IMG/VR virus record: IMGVR_UViG_3300017963_000192
Location: 153,704-217,703 of that record
Strand: one strand, 5' to 3'
DNA: 64,000 nucleotides
Shown here: positions 9,001-18,057 of the stretch, in pieces
Layout of the letters: every line of letters begins with the position of its first letter
Numbering within the stretch: position 1 is the first letter of the stretch
Translations under genes and position numbers: made by a program
Notes under the pieces: model-generated
What the model was told of the DNA's origin: nothing
Databases searched by the model: none
What the model saw: the letters and a program-made list of their open reading frames with translations, nothing else

Positions 9001-11870
9001 AAAAAGAAACCACAGAAATTTTTTCTAATGACTGGATTGCTGTAAATAAAAACGATGCTTTACCTTTTGGGAATCAAGGTAATTACTATGATGGTTTTTT
9101 TATTGGATGGATTTATGGAGATGGTGCTGTAGGTAATAGATCTACTGGTGAAAGAATCACTTCTTTATGTGTTTCTGAAGAAGCATTTAAAATGGGTATT
9201 GGAGATATTCTTTTAGAAAAGTTGCATATGATAACAGGCGGAAAGCAAAAGTGGATTGATAGAACAGTCGATAAATCAACTTATGAAATGACTATTACCA
9301 ATAAAAAATTAGATGATTATCTTGATTCTTTTGAAGTTAAAAGGAAAGAACACGGTTTACCAAAATTTATTTTTAATAAAGCTAGTGAAGATTTTAGGAA
9401 AGGTTTTCTTGATGGTATTTTATCGAGTGATGGACATATTGAACAATCAACAAAAAATTCATATAGGTTAACCTTTATATCGAGTCATAAAAAAATAGCA
9501 GAGGACATATCAACTCTTTTTGGTATGTATGGTATAAAAAATTCTATTATGTTTAAACAAACTACAGCATCTTTTCCTAACGGAAGAGATTATGATAGGT
9601 TATATAATAGATATACTGTTCGTGTCTCAGATATTCATTCGATGCAACATTTATCTAGTTTACTTTCTTTAAAAAACACTAAAAATGATGAGAGATTAAG
9701 TAGTGTTCAAAACATAGAACCTCGTCATACAATAAACAAAAATAATATTAAAGTTATTAGTGTTGAAGAGACAGATTTGTTTGAAGATGTTTGGGATGTT
9801 TCTGTTTTTGATGATACTCATTGTTTTCAATTAACTCAATGTGTTACTGGAAACTGTGGCGAAGTCCTCCTTCGGGACAAATCTCTCTGCAATTTAACAG
9901 AAGTTGTTATTAAGCCAGAAGATAATTTTGATTCTCTTAAAAGAAAGATAAAAATAGCAACTATGCTAGGTACGTGGCAAGCAGCACTTACAAATTTTAA
10001 ATTTGGTAGTAAAAAATGGAAAGAGAATTGTGACGAAGAAGCATTGTTAGGAGTATCCTTGACTGGTGCTAGAGATCACAAAATATTGGGAACAGTAAAT
10101 GATACTGCAAAGAAATGGATAGCGGATTTAAAGCACATAGCTATTGCGACCAATAAGAAAATTGCACCAAAGATTGGAATTAATAGAGCCGCCGCAATTA
10201 CCTGTATAAAACCATCTGGATGTTTGTCTGTAGATTCTTTAATTACTACAAACGAAGGTATTTTAGAATTACAAGAAATAGGAGATGTTGTTGGAGATGC
10301 TTGGCAAGATCATAAAATTTATGTTGAGCAAGAGAATTCCGCAGAACTATCAACTAAATTTCATGTTAATGGAGAAAGTCCTACTAAACTTATTCATATG
10401 AGTTCAGGAGTTGTGTTGGAATCTACTTTAAATCACAAATTTAGGGTTATGGAAAAAGGCGAGTATGTTTGGAAAGAGGCGAGGGATATAATAAACGGGG
10501 ATTGTCTTCCTTATAAAATTGGGGGGTATGCGGGAGGTTCTTACCAAGAGTTAACAAAAGTTTCTCCTCCGTATTGTAATGTTAAAGAAATATTACAACC
10601 AGAGAAATTAGAAGAAGATTTAGCATACGTTCTTGGACTGTATGCTGGAGATGGTAGTACTCATAAAAAAGGCATACGTATAGCAGGACATATTGATAAG
10701 AAAGAAAGTTTGTATAAAGCATCAGAAATTATTAAAAGATTTTTTAATATAGATTGTATTATTTATGAAAGAACATCTGGAAATAATGCTGATTTGTATG
10801 CAAATTCTACTTTTTTATTATCTTTTTTAAGAGCTAATGATTTAGTTAAAAATAAAACAGAACATGTTGAGATTCCATTGGTTATTAGAAAATCTCCTGC
10901 TTCAGTAATAAAAGCATTTGTAGACGGTTTGTTTGATGCAGATGGTTGTGAGTCTTCTAGTGGATACAAAATATTATGTACTGTGTCTGAAAAGTTAGCA
11001 AAACAACTACCTGTAGTTTTAAGATGTCTTGGATATGCTTGTTCTTGTAAATTAATGCCTCCAACGAAATCTTCATTAGGTAATAGGATGAGGTATAGAA
11101 TTACAATTGTGAGAGGAAGAGATGGGGAATACAACAAAAGTGGTCTTGGAAAATACTATAAAATGTTGGATGATTTCAATATGAAAAATTTCATACCAGA
11201 TATTGTTGAGTATGTTGAAGATAGTCATAGTAACACAGCAGATTTGGAAGTTCCTAATAATAATACATATATTGCCAATTCTTATGTTAGTCATAATACT
11301 GTATCCTTATTAGTTGATTGTTCACCAGGGGCACATACTCGGCAAACAAGCACGGGATATTATATAAGGAGAGTTAGAATATCAGCTACTGACCCACTAT
11401 GTTCATTGTTAAGGGAACAAGGTATTCCAGCACTTCCAGAAGTTGGGCAATCAAAAGATAATTGCAGTACATTTGTTTTAGAATTCCCTTGCAAAGCACC
11501 AAAAGGGGCTAAAACAAAATATGGAGAAACAGCAAAAGAACAATTAGAATATTGGAAGATGTATAGAGATTTTTATTGTGAACACAACCCATCAATAACA
11601 ATTTCTGTTAAAGAGGATGAGTGGTTAGATACAGCAGCGTGGGTTTATAAAAATTTTGATAATATTGGAGGATTGACTTTTTTGCCATCTAGCGATCATG
11701 TATATCAACTAGCTCCTTATGAGGATATTGATAGAGAAGAATATGAAAAAAGATTAAAAGATTTTCCTAAAAATATAGATTTTAGTGTATTATCAAAATA
11801 TGAAAAAGAAGATGCAACGGAAGGTGCTAGAGAGTTTGCTTGTTCTGGAGACAAGTGCGAATTAGTCTAA
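6060..11870 (+). CDS. nrdJ: Class II (AdoCbl-dependent, monomeric type) ribonucleotide reductase with four inteins
   Basis: RTYSRW...RRETW, MPSMRAMW, GTGVGFS, VVGGTRRSA, TNP|CGE, IKPSG|TVS, EHNPSIT, C-terminal ACSGDKCE; about 640-aa extein. Confidence 0.93.
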   Translation: MNKNVFKTAFQEFIFVRTYSRWLDKENRRETWEEAVDRYCTYMKEKHGDKISDKEYKDVHDSILNMEVMPSMRAMWVAGKALDIENFSGYNCLGEDTEFVTDKGVKSFRDFKDGDKIVVLTHKNNWKKAVVKNFGKQKLNKITYGLGGRGLDNIVYATEDHRWFLNDSEEVVTEIKEKDNLLKSCYRKTFDFDSATPEEKTYWCYGFVYGDGTKIKRNGEYKHSLVRLLGDKKIYLNRFEEVGFKTSVSDSIDGGCYAYTGEYLKTLPKIEKEPLGKIEAFVDGLLCADGGRKYVKDNFYFCNIQQSGEEGISFIRKAFPMCGYFIVREDDYTGETTNYGERNKTIRFSFNNPYATEYNSLYTVRKIDVSYKEEDVWCLVVEDDKSFVLKNGLVTGNCAFTTIQNLKDFAEILYILMNGTGVGFSVERKFVNNLPLIQEVNTNEAKEMITFADSKLGWAKGYEKVLNCLWNGIDFECDYSKIRPRGSRLKTFGGRACLTGNTVVYKDRKKSRGCNEITIKDLYDMKVSGKRKHFSESNQPGPSHFNKVKLRSLDEESGVFFRNQLIDVVDNGVAPIFEIVTESGYKIKATSNHRFMKDTGEWCYVSDFSNGDLIAINGSKEKKTGVCIDCGIFVSRRAIRCRSCANKNQQKNDCLPTTVRQRKECQKDKKDFCELCKHNGSVSKLQVHHKDGNPYNNKKENKQTLCEKCHRKEDARRTTFGNPYSHRYLSYDKIVSVDYVGKEQVYDLVMEAPNHNFVANGFVSHNSGPEPLKNLVDFTTDIVEQNRGYRIQPIDAHDICCKIAEIVVVGGTRRSALLSLSDLTDNQMAHAKSGEFWNTAPQRSMSNNSVSYTRKPDMVSFLDEWKNLYKSKSGERGFFNRVATQKKASENDRRDGSKVIGTNPSLRKGTKIITTDGLLNIEDLEGKEFDIINLNGKVSKAKCWLSGKSKKLYRVKFVGGHEYYCTAEHKWPVYEDGEYFKKETTEIFSNDWIAVNKNDALPFGNQGNYYDGFFIGWIYGDGAVGNRSTGERITSLCVSEEAFKMGIGDILLEKLHMITGGKQKWIDRTVDKSTYEMTITNKKLDDYLDSFEVKRKEHGLPKFIFNKASEDFRKGFLDGILSSDGHIEQSTKNSYRLTFISSHKKIAEDISTLFGMYGIKNSIMFKQTTASFPNGRDYDRLYNRYTVRVSDIHSMQHLSSLLSLKNTKNDERLSSVQNIEPRHTINKNNIKVISVEETDLFEDVWDVSVFDDTHCFQLTQCVTGNCGEVLLRDKSLCNLTEVVIKPEDNFDSLKRKIKIATMLGTWQAALTNFKFGSKKWKENCDEEALLGVSLTGARDHKILGTVNDTAKKWIADLKHIAIATNKKIAPKIGINRAAAITCIKPSGCLSVDSLITTNEGILELQEIGDVVGDAWQDHKIYVEQENSAELSTKFHVNGESPTKLIHMSSGVVLESTLNHKFRVMEKGEYVWKEARDIINGDCLPYKIGGYAGGSYQELTKVSPPYCNVKEILQPEKLEEDLAYVLGLYAGDGSTHKKGIRIAGHIDKKESLYKASEIIKRFFNIDCIIYERTSGNNADLYANSTFLLSFLRANDLVKNKTEHVEIPLVIRKSPASVIKAFVDGLFDADGCESSSGYKILCTVSEKLAKQLPVVLRCLGYACSCKLMPPTKSSLGNRMRYRITIVRGRDGEYNKSGLGKYYKMLDDFNMKNFIPDIVEYVEDSHSNTADLEVPNNNTYIANSYVSHNTVSLLVDCSPGAHTRQTSTGYYIRRVRISATDPLCSLLREQGIPALPEVGQSKDNCSTFVLEFPCKAPKGAKTKYGETAKEQLEYWKMYRDFYCEHNPSITISVKEDEWLDTAAWVYKNFDNIGGLTFLPSSDHVYQLAPYEDIDREEYEKRLKDFPKNIDFSVLSKYEKEDATEGAREFACSGDKCELV
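6333..7250 (+). mobile_element. Intein nrdJ-1 (306 aa, LAGLIDADG)
   Basis: GYN|CLGEDT...TEDHRW...GFVYGDG...GLLCADG...NGLVTGN|C. Confidence 0.9.
7548..8357 (+). mobile_element. Intein nrdJ-2 (270 aa, HNH endonuclease)
   Basis: GGRA|CLTGNT...TSNHRF...VHHKDGNPYNN...CEKCH...NFVANGFVSHN|S. Confidence 0.9.
8772..9854 (+). mobile_element. Intein nrdJ-3 (361 aa, LAGLIDADG, Ser1)
   Basis: TNP|SLRKGT...TAEHKW...GWIYGDG...GILSSDG...CVTGN|CGE. Confidence 0.9.
10221..11297 (+). mobile_element. Intein nrdJ-4 (359 aa, LAGLIDADG)
   Basis: KPSG|CLSVDS...TLNHKF...GLYAGDG...GLFDADG...YIANSYVSHN|T. Confidence 0.9.
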
Positions 11871-11882
11871 AGGAGAATTAAT

Positions 11883-12563
11883 ATGAAACAATTATTGGAT
11901 TTAACTAATGTTTCTACTAAAAGATGTTTTATAGTTGGAGAACTTAATGGTAATTATGATATTCTTATGAGGATGTTGTATGAACAAAGATTCTCTCACA
12001 ACGATACTCTTATTGTTACTGGTGATTTTTTTAATGTAGATTATATTAAATCGATAGATGCTACTGTCTTTTTAAGGAATTCTATGAATTGTTATTCTGT
12101 AAAGGGTAGCAAAGAAATCAGGCTATTGGAAAATCTGGAAAATCAAGACAAAGTTGAAGATGTTCATAACAAATTACAGGGAAAACTGAAAGAGCCATTA
12201 GTTGAATTCATAAAAGAACTCCCTTTAATAATTAAGATTAGGGATTATTATATCATTAATGCTGGTGTTGATCCCTCAAAAACATTAGATGAACAGGATT
12301 TGGAGGTGTTTTATAGTATAGGAGAGTATGATAAAGATAGTCGTTTCTATCAATATCCTAATCCAGAGGGATCTTCTTGGTATAATACACCATATTTAGT
12401 AGAGGGAAAGCATGTTAAGATATGTTTCAGTAAGATTTATCTAGATGATATTGAAGTTCCGGCAGGATATAATTTAGGCACTAATTCTCAAGTTCAGCCA
12501 TTACTGAGGACTTTAATTCTTGATAAAACACAAGAAATTCCAGTTATTATTAAGACAAAGTAG
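11883..12563 (+). CDS. Calcineurin-like metallophosphoesterase fold, catalytic motifs degenerate
   Basis: IVGELNG, TGDFFN, VKGSKE and INAG occupy the positions of GDxHG, GDxxDR, GNHE and VHAG. Confidence 0.7.
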   Translation: MKQLLDLTNVSTKRCFIVGELNGNYDILMRMLYEQRFSHNDTLIVTGDFFNVDYIKSIDATVFLRNSMNCYSVKGSKEIRLLENLENQDKVEDVHNKLQGKLKEPLVEFIKELPLIIKIRDYYIINAGVDPSKTLDEQDLEVFYSIGEYDKDSRFYQYPNPEGSSWYNTPYLVEGKHVKICFSKIYLDDIEVPAGYNLGTNSQVQPLLRTLILDKTQEIPVIIKTK

Positions 12564-12626
12564 ACTTAACATTTAAGAAATAATTCTTATATTTTATTTG
12601 TATAATGAATTAGGAGGACTTTTAGA

Positions 12627-13076
12627 ATGAATAGAAAAAATTGGAACAGTTCAGATATGGAATATATTGTACCATTATACAGAATGGCTATGTCAAGAGT
12701 TCCTAATGAGAAAATAGCAGATTGGTTGGCTGTAAATGGAATGAGATATTCAAATCAACTAGTTAAAAGGACTTTGAGGATGGCTGCAAGGGAAGATTTA
12801 ATAGATTATCTCATCAAGGAAGAAGAAATAAACCTTGGTGATGATATTAAATCAAGAATGACTGCAAGGATAGGAAAGGTTATAGGTATTAGACCAGATG
12901 GTGATACTATTGAAGTTAAATGGGAAACGGGTGGAAGACAACTTCTATCAAAAGAAAGCGTTTTCAAATTAAGGACTAAAGAAATTGTTGAAACTAAAGA
13001 CTTTTCAAAAGTTTGTACTCCAAAGGATGACACATATAAGAAAATGGAAGAACAAAATATTTACCCAAAAGGATAA
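12627..13076 (+). CDS. Hypothetical protein with SH3/KOW-like beta domain
   Basis: GDDIK...IGKVIGI...IEVKWETG pattern; AGGAGG RBS. Confidence 0.5.
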   Translation: MNRKNWNSSDMEYIVPLYRMAMSRVPNEKIADWLAVNGMRYSNQLVKRTLRMAAREDLIDYLIKEEEINLGDDIKSRMTARIGKVIGIRPDGDTIEVKWETGGRQLLSKESVFKLRTKEIVETKDFSKVCTPKDDTYKKMEEQNIYPKG

Positions 13077-13412
13077 AAATAATGAGACCTGATTTAAAGG
13101 ATATGCAAAGTGCTGAAATTTATAGAAGGCTTGATGAAAGATTAAAAAAGAAAAAAGAAAAAGAGATTAAAGAATCTCAAGATACTCAATCAAAAGAAAA
13201 TGAAGATTAAACCTATTAAAATTTAAAGGAGATATATGATATGGAAAGATTAGATGAAAACAGCACTAAATTTAAGGTTCAGAAACTTATTGAAGGTATG
13301 ATAACGAGAGTTTTCAATGGTTCTGTTCCAGAAACTACATTAATCCCCGTTGTGGAGGAAATTGACAAACTCTATAAAGAGGGGAAAGAAAATATAACAT
13401 AAGAACATAGGA

Positions 13413-14348
13413 ATGAGCATATTAGATTATCAGCACGACACATTGTCTCCAAGAATTTGGAGATCAACTGGAGAGTTACGACAAGGTGTTCAGGAATTTA
13501 TATTTGATTCTTTAAAAGCTTTTTTTGAGCATGAAGATATTACTGGTTGGGAAGAGTTTGTTAAAAGAATCTACATAGGTAGCAGTCTCGCTACCTATTT
13601 TTATACTGAAACATCTGATTTAGATGTTAAAGTCATAGTAGATGTTGATTCATTCAGAGAAAACAATAAAAGAATGGAAAGTCTCTTTGATGATGATATC
13701 TTAGAATACTTGATAGATGCTGGACGAAAGAGTTACTGGTTAACCGCTATGGTTCCAGGGACTTTACATGTCCTAGACTTTTATTTTTATTCTACAACTG
13801 AAGCTAAAGAAATAAACCTATTAAAATATGATAGTCTATATGATGTTATTGAAAACAAGTGGATAAAAGAACCTAAAAAATTAATAGGAGGGTTATCTCC
13901 TATTGCTGTTTTAAATTTTGCTAAAGAAAAAGCACAGCCATATCTAGATAGTCTAACTTTAAACATAGCTAAAACAAAGAGAGACACTATTGATTTAATG
14001 GTCCTCATAGATTATCTAAAAACTTTGGATGGTGATGATTTAAGTAGTTATGCAATGGCTGTTGTAGAAAGTTTAGATGTGGTTAACAATGATATTGAAG
14101 AATTAATTGAAGATCGTGATATCATAAGGAATTTAAGACACACGACTTTTGAAAAGAAAGAACTACGTTCAGAATTAGAAAAAATAATGGGTTCAATTAA
14201 CTACTCAGATGAGAATCTTATTTTTAAAGTTCTTCAGCGTTATGGTTATATGAGAATTTTATCGGAGATAAAAGAATTATTTAGAGATAAGCACATATCT
14301 CTAGAAGAAATACCTGAACTTGCAGAAATTTTAAACATAAGGGAGTAA
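13413..14348 (+). CDS. Pol-beta superfamily nucleotidyltransferase
   Basis: IYIGSS...SDLDV motif and a downstream third acidic position (VLDFY), followed by a helical C-domain. Confidence 0.7.
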   Translation: MSILDYQHDTLSPRIWRSTGELRQGVQEFIFDSLKAFFEHEDITGWEEFVKRIYIGSSLATYFYTETSDLDVKVIVDVDSFRENNKRMESLFDDDILEYLIDAGRKSYWLTAMVPGTLHVLDFYFYSTTEAKEINLLKYDSLYDVIENKWIKEPKKLIGGLSPIAVLNFAKEKAQPYLDSLTLNIAKTKRDTIDLMVLIDYLKTLDGDDLSSYAMAVVESLDVVNNDIEELIEDRDIIRNLRHTTFEKKELRSELEKIMGSINYSDENLIFKVLQRYGYMRILSEIKELFRDKHISLEEIPELAEILNIRE

Positions 14349-14349
14349 C

Positions 14350-15630
14350 ATGGAAAAGCAAGCAGGGAAAATTCTAGATTTCTTTAAATCTTTTTTTAGT
14401 AACAAGATTGAAGATATTGGTACGGAGCCTTCTTTGACAGAAGAAGAACAAGCCAAAGAAAAAGAACTTGAAGTAGAAACCACTCAGGAAAAGATAGACG
14501 AAAGGGAAGAGCAAGGAATTCCAGAAGAACAACCCCCAATAGATAACGAAGTTTTAATTGATGATATTGAAGAAGAAACAGGAGAAGTTGAAAAACATCC
14601 TTATAAGATAATCTTACCTCCAGAACTAGAAGCACGATTAGGTGATCCCGCAGTAGATCACTCATATTCAGCTTTAAAATATTTAGAGAGTCTCGGATAC
14701 AAGACGTTTCGTTTTGTTGTAAATCCAGCATCTTCTCACAAATCCGATATTTGTGATGAGATAGCGAAAAAGAATCCTTGGGAACTTACACCACATCTAC
14801 AAAATGCTGTAGCAGAGGCCAATGCAAAAGGATATCCTGTTGCTCCGATATTTTTTTTGACTCATGTCAACTCTTGGGGTTATTTGTGGGTACATGCACC
14901 TACAAGTATTGACCAGATTCCTAATAATGCCCCTGGAATTCATATGTATGATGACCAAGAAGATATTGATTATGATAAGGATCAATTATTAACTTTTTTG
15001 GAGGATGTTATTGTTGATAGATATACGTTAGCACCAGACATGTTTGAAACGATTACACCAGTAGGTGAACTACACAAAGAACTGTTTGAAGAGGAAGGTC
15101 CCTTTAGTTTTGAAACAGTTGAACCTACTGGAGAAAAAAGTACAAGGTTTTTTTCCAATAAAAATAAAGTAAAATATGGGGAATATAATAATGACGAAAC
15201 AGTTAAGCATTCTGGAGATGTTCCAACAAGATGTTTTTCCAATAATGACATAATAAAAAAATCTGATTCTAATTGGATAGAATCAGTTAAGCCTATTAAA
15301 ACTAGGAAGAACACATTTATAAGAAACGAAATAGGATTGGTTCAACTTATTCCTAAAGGCAGTATAGGAATTCAGATTGGTATTTATAATGATATTGCTA
15401 AAATATTCTTTTCTGATTTAGAAAGAGCGATATTAGTACCTAAAAATAGTGTAAAAATTGTAGAATTAAAAGAATCTGATAAAAATGAAGTTGACAGAGG
15501 AATGTTTGTGTCTATAGATGGAGACTTAGCATTGGCAATGGGAATGATGGATGAGAATCTTCTTGTCTATGAGCCAGAATATGAAGATTATGTAGGTACA
15601 GATGAATGGCGGCTATTAGAGATCGTTTAA
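14350..15630 (+). CDS. Acidic hypothetical protein
   Basis: 426-aa ORF, E-rich N-terminus, coupled to the NTase gene. Confidence 0.6.
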   Translation: MEKQAGKILDFFKSFFSNKIEDIGTEPSLTEEEQAKEKELEVETTQEKIDEREEQGIPEEQPPIDNEVLIDDIEEETGEVEKHPYKIILPPELEARLGDPAVDHSYSALKYLESLGYKTFRFVVNPASSHKSDICDEIAKKNPWELTPHLQNAVAEANAKGYPVAPIFFLTHVNSWGYLWVHAPTSIDQIPNNAPGIHMYDDQEDIDYDKDQLLTFLEDVIVDRYTLAPDMFETITPVGELHKELFEEEGPFSFETVEPTGEKSTRFFSNKNKVKYGEYNNDETVKHSGDVPTRCFSNNDIIKKSDSNWIESVKPIKTRKNTFIRNEIGLVQLIPKGSIGIQIGIYNDIAKIFFSDLERAILVPKNSVKIVELKESDKNEVDRGMFVSIDGDLALAMGMMDENLLVYEPEYEDYVGTDEWRLLEIV

Positions 15631-15779
15631 GAAAGATACTCGAACAGGATTTAATATTAGAATTTAAAGATCACAACGCCCTAGAAAACCAAGAGAAATG
15701 GAACGCCACCCTAAAAATTATTAAAACCAAAATTGAAAGTGTTATAGACAAGATAGAAGATGTTTATAAATCTCAATGA
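15606..15779 (+). CDS. 57-aa helical hypothetical protein (not in ORF track)
   Basis: MAAIRDRLRKILEQ...VYKSQ; fills the gap to the convergent gene. Confidence 0.45.
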   Translation: MAAIRDRLRKILEQDLILEFKDHNALENQEKWNATLKIIKTKIESVIDKIEDVYKSQ

Positions 15780-16360
15780 AACTTTGAATTGAACGAAGCT
15801 ATTGTCATAATTAAATCCTCATTGTCAATGAATTCTTCCAAAGAAGATAAGTTTTGATGTGTTGATCCTTTTCTAACATATTCTTTTATTTGCAACATTT
15901 GATTTATCCTTGTAAAAGGATTATTGCAAGTTTTGTGCATATAAAGAAGATCTCCTAACCGTTTTCTTTTTAGCAATTTAATTATTGTATTTAAGAATGT
16001 TGAGTCTGGGAATGGCGGGGTATAAATATAATACCCTCCGTTCGGTATTCTTTTTAGTAATTTATATTTTTCAAGACGTTTTATACGGTATTCTTGAGAT
16101 GTTTCGGTAGTACCTAATGCCTCTGATAGAAAGTTTAAACTAGGATTACATATAGGATTTTTATGTTTCCTTACTTGAATGTCTGATAAATCTTTTAAAA
16201 TATAATAAGTTTCTTTATCCTGGGCAGATAAAACTTTATATCCGAATCTAATATACATTATGGGATTAACGGGATTACCAATATTAAGTTCTTCGAGAAC
16301 AGTATCAATCCTAGATTGCCCACCATTTGATGTAATCAAATACCAATCTTTATCTTTCAT
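15773..16360 (-). CDS. Winged-HTH DNA-binding protein (replication-initiator N-domain-like)
   Basis: CNPSLNFLSEALGTT...IKRLEKYKLLKR...YYI. Confidence 0.55.
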   Translation of the reverse strand: MKDKDWYLITSNGGQSRIDTVLEELNIGNPVNPIMYIRFGYKVLSAQDKETYYILKDLSDIQVRKHKNPICNPSLNFLSEALGTTETSQEYRIKRLEKYKLLKRIPNGGYYIYTPPFPDSTFLNTIIKLLKRKRLGDLLYMHKTCNNPFTRINQMLQIKEYVRKGSTHQNLSSLEEFIDNEDLIMTIASFNSKFH

Positions 16361-16504
16361 GCCATAGTGTTGTATGTTATTTTATTTTGTAAGAAAAACC
16401 TAATATCTTTTTAATGCAGAAATAAAGCAACAAAAATTTTTAAAATTAATATTTTTTTATTGTATTTTATTTTGTTTAATATATTGTTGTCACATACAAT
16501 ATGA

Positions 16505-16693
16505 TTGGAGGATATGAAATTAATGGGAAGAAAGAAAATAAATCCTGCGAGCAAGGCGGTAGTTGCTTCTTTTTCAGTAAGCCCACAACATGTTAAGATG
16601 ATAGATGCCCTTGTAAAAAAAGAGAAGAAAGGTAAGTCAGTTTTAATTCAGAATTTAATAGAAAAAGAATACACCAAAAAAATAGGTAAATAG
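16505..16693 (+). CDS. Ribbon-helix-helix DNA-binding protein
   Basis: SFSVSPQHVKMIDALV...KSVLIQNLIE. Confidence 0.55.
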   Translation: MEDMKLMGRKKINPASKAVVASFSVSPQHVKMIDALVKKEKKGKSVLIQNLIEKEYTKKIGK

Positions 16694-16695
16694 CA

Positions 16696-17283
16696 ATGCC
16701 GAGAACACTTGTTGACGAAAATAACATAAGTCCAAATACTTTTACTAATACAATGGAAGAAGTGTTTGGTAGATTTGAAGAAATGTATAAGCAGTTTCAA
16801 GAAGGTTTTTCTTATGATGAGTTTAGTAGTGTCAAAGTTCTTTTTGATACGAATATGGTTCGTTTAGATGATGTTACTGACATAGAGATAATAATAGATG
16901 AGATAAACAAAGTTTCTGGAAGAATATTTATGTATGGTGCTTTATATGAATCGCAACAAAGAGTTCTACATCAATTAGAGGATGAGTATGAAATATGGTT
17001 TGCTGAAAAGTATGTCATCGTGGATTCAAACCCAGAACCAGCAGAAGATACTACAGAAGTAGGGAAAAAGATTAAAAAAAAGAAACAACGAACCGAAACA
17101 CAAAAAGAACAATTAATAATTGTTGCTTATGGTGATGAGTATTCCGCATTTAAAGAAAGAATTAGGAACGAAACTAGAAGATTAGGTTTAGTTAAAAGAG
17201 TTGTTAATAGCCTCGATAGTTATTCCTACAAGCTTCATAGTATTTTAAACTACAGACAAATAGCATTACAAAAAGGATTATAA
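16696..17283 (+). CDS. Helical protein, possibly UvsY-like recombination mediator
   Basis: Size and all-helical pattern; weak resemblance only. Confidence 0.35.
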   Translation: MPRTLVDENNISPNTFTNTMEEVFGRFEEMYKQFQEGFSYDEFSSVKVLFDTNMVRLDDVTDIEIIIDEINKVSGRIFMYGALYESQQRVLHQLEDEYEIWFAEKYVIVDSNPEPAEDTTEVGKKIKKKKQRTETQKEQLIIVAYGDEYSAFKERIRNETRRLGLVKRVVNSLDSYSYKLHSILNYRQIALQKGL

Positions 17284-17309
17284 AATTAATAATTTTTTTA
17301 AAAAAATTG

Positions 17310-17338
17310 TTGACTTTTTTATGTCTCTTATATACATT
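17310..17338 (+). promoter_or_regulatory. sigma70/sigmaA-type promoter
   Basis: TTGACT-N17-TACATT in an AT-rich intergenic gap. Confidence 0.65.
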
Positions 17339-17438
17339 GAGTTTAATGTATGATGTGTGTATAAATTAAAAAAATTTAATTTTATCATTAAAATTTTTAA
17401 TTATTTAATTAATATTTATTAGTTATATGAGGGATTAG

Positions 17439-17579
17439 ATGATTACGTGGATATTTATAGCGTGTGGCATACTTTTCCTAATTACGATAATAAGGATTAT
17501 CGTCTCTGTCAAAGTTATTACAAAAGATCCTGATGATTTACAGGTTCGATTAGACGTAAAACAAAAGATGATGAAATAA
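17439..17579 (+). CDS. 46-aa membrane peptide (not in ORF track)
   Basis: MITWIFIACGILFLITIIRII...; GAGGG RBS. Confidence 0.45.
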   Translation: MITWIFIACGILFLITIIRIIVSVKVITKDPDDLQVRLDVKQKMMK

Positions 17580-17630
17580 TATGAATAAGATGATGCCTAT
17601 TTTTAAGAATAAAAATGACAGAGGGAAATT

Positions 17631-17822
17631 ATGGAACTTAATGTTGAAGAGGCATCAAGAAAAATTTGTCCCATGTCTTTTTCTGTTTACGTTTTAGAAG
17701 ATTCTGATTATAAAGAGAGTGTTTATTCTATGTGTAAATCAGAAAAGTGTATGGCATGGTCGTGGACAAAGGAAGAGGAAAAGAAAGGTTATTGTAAATT
17801 CATAATTAATAAAATTGGATAG
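17631..17822 (+). CDS. Small Cys-rich hypothetical protein
   Basis: KICPM...CKSEKCMAW...GYC. Confidence 0.55.
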   Translation: MELNVEEASRKICPMSFSVYVLEDSDYKESVYSMCKSEKCMAWSWTKEEEKKGYCKFIINKIG

Positions 17823-18057
17823 GAGATTAACTATGGCTGAATTACTTAAATTTTGGAAGATTCAAACATATAGTCCTGATGAGTTTTTTAAAAAAGTTTG
17901 CAATGCTGAAGATGAGAAAATTATATCGAGAAAGCAAGGAAAGAGTCTTATTAATCTTTTTTCAAGATTAAAGAGTAAGACAAGTAATAATCTGTCAAAG
18001 AAGGATAATAAATGTATCGATACTGTCTTTGAATTTTTGGAAATCGTGTTTTAAACA

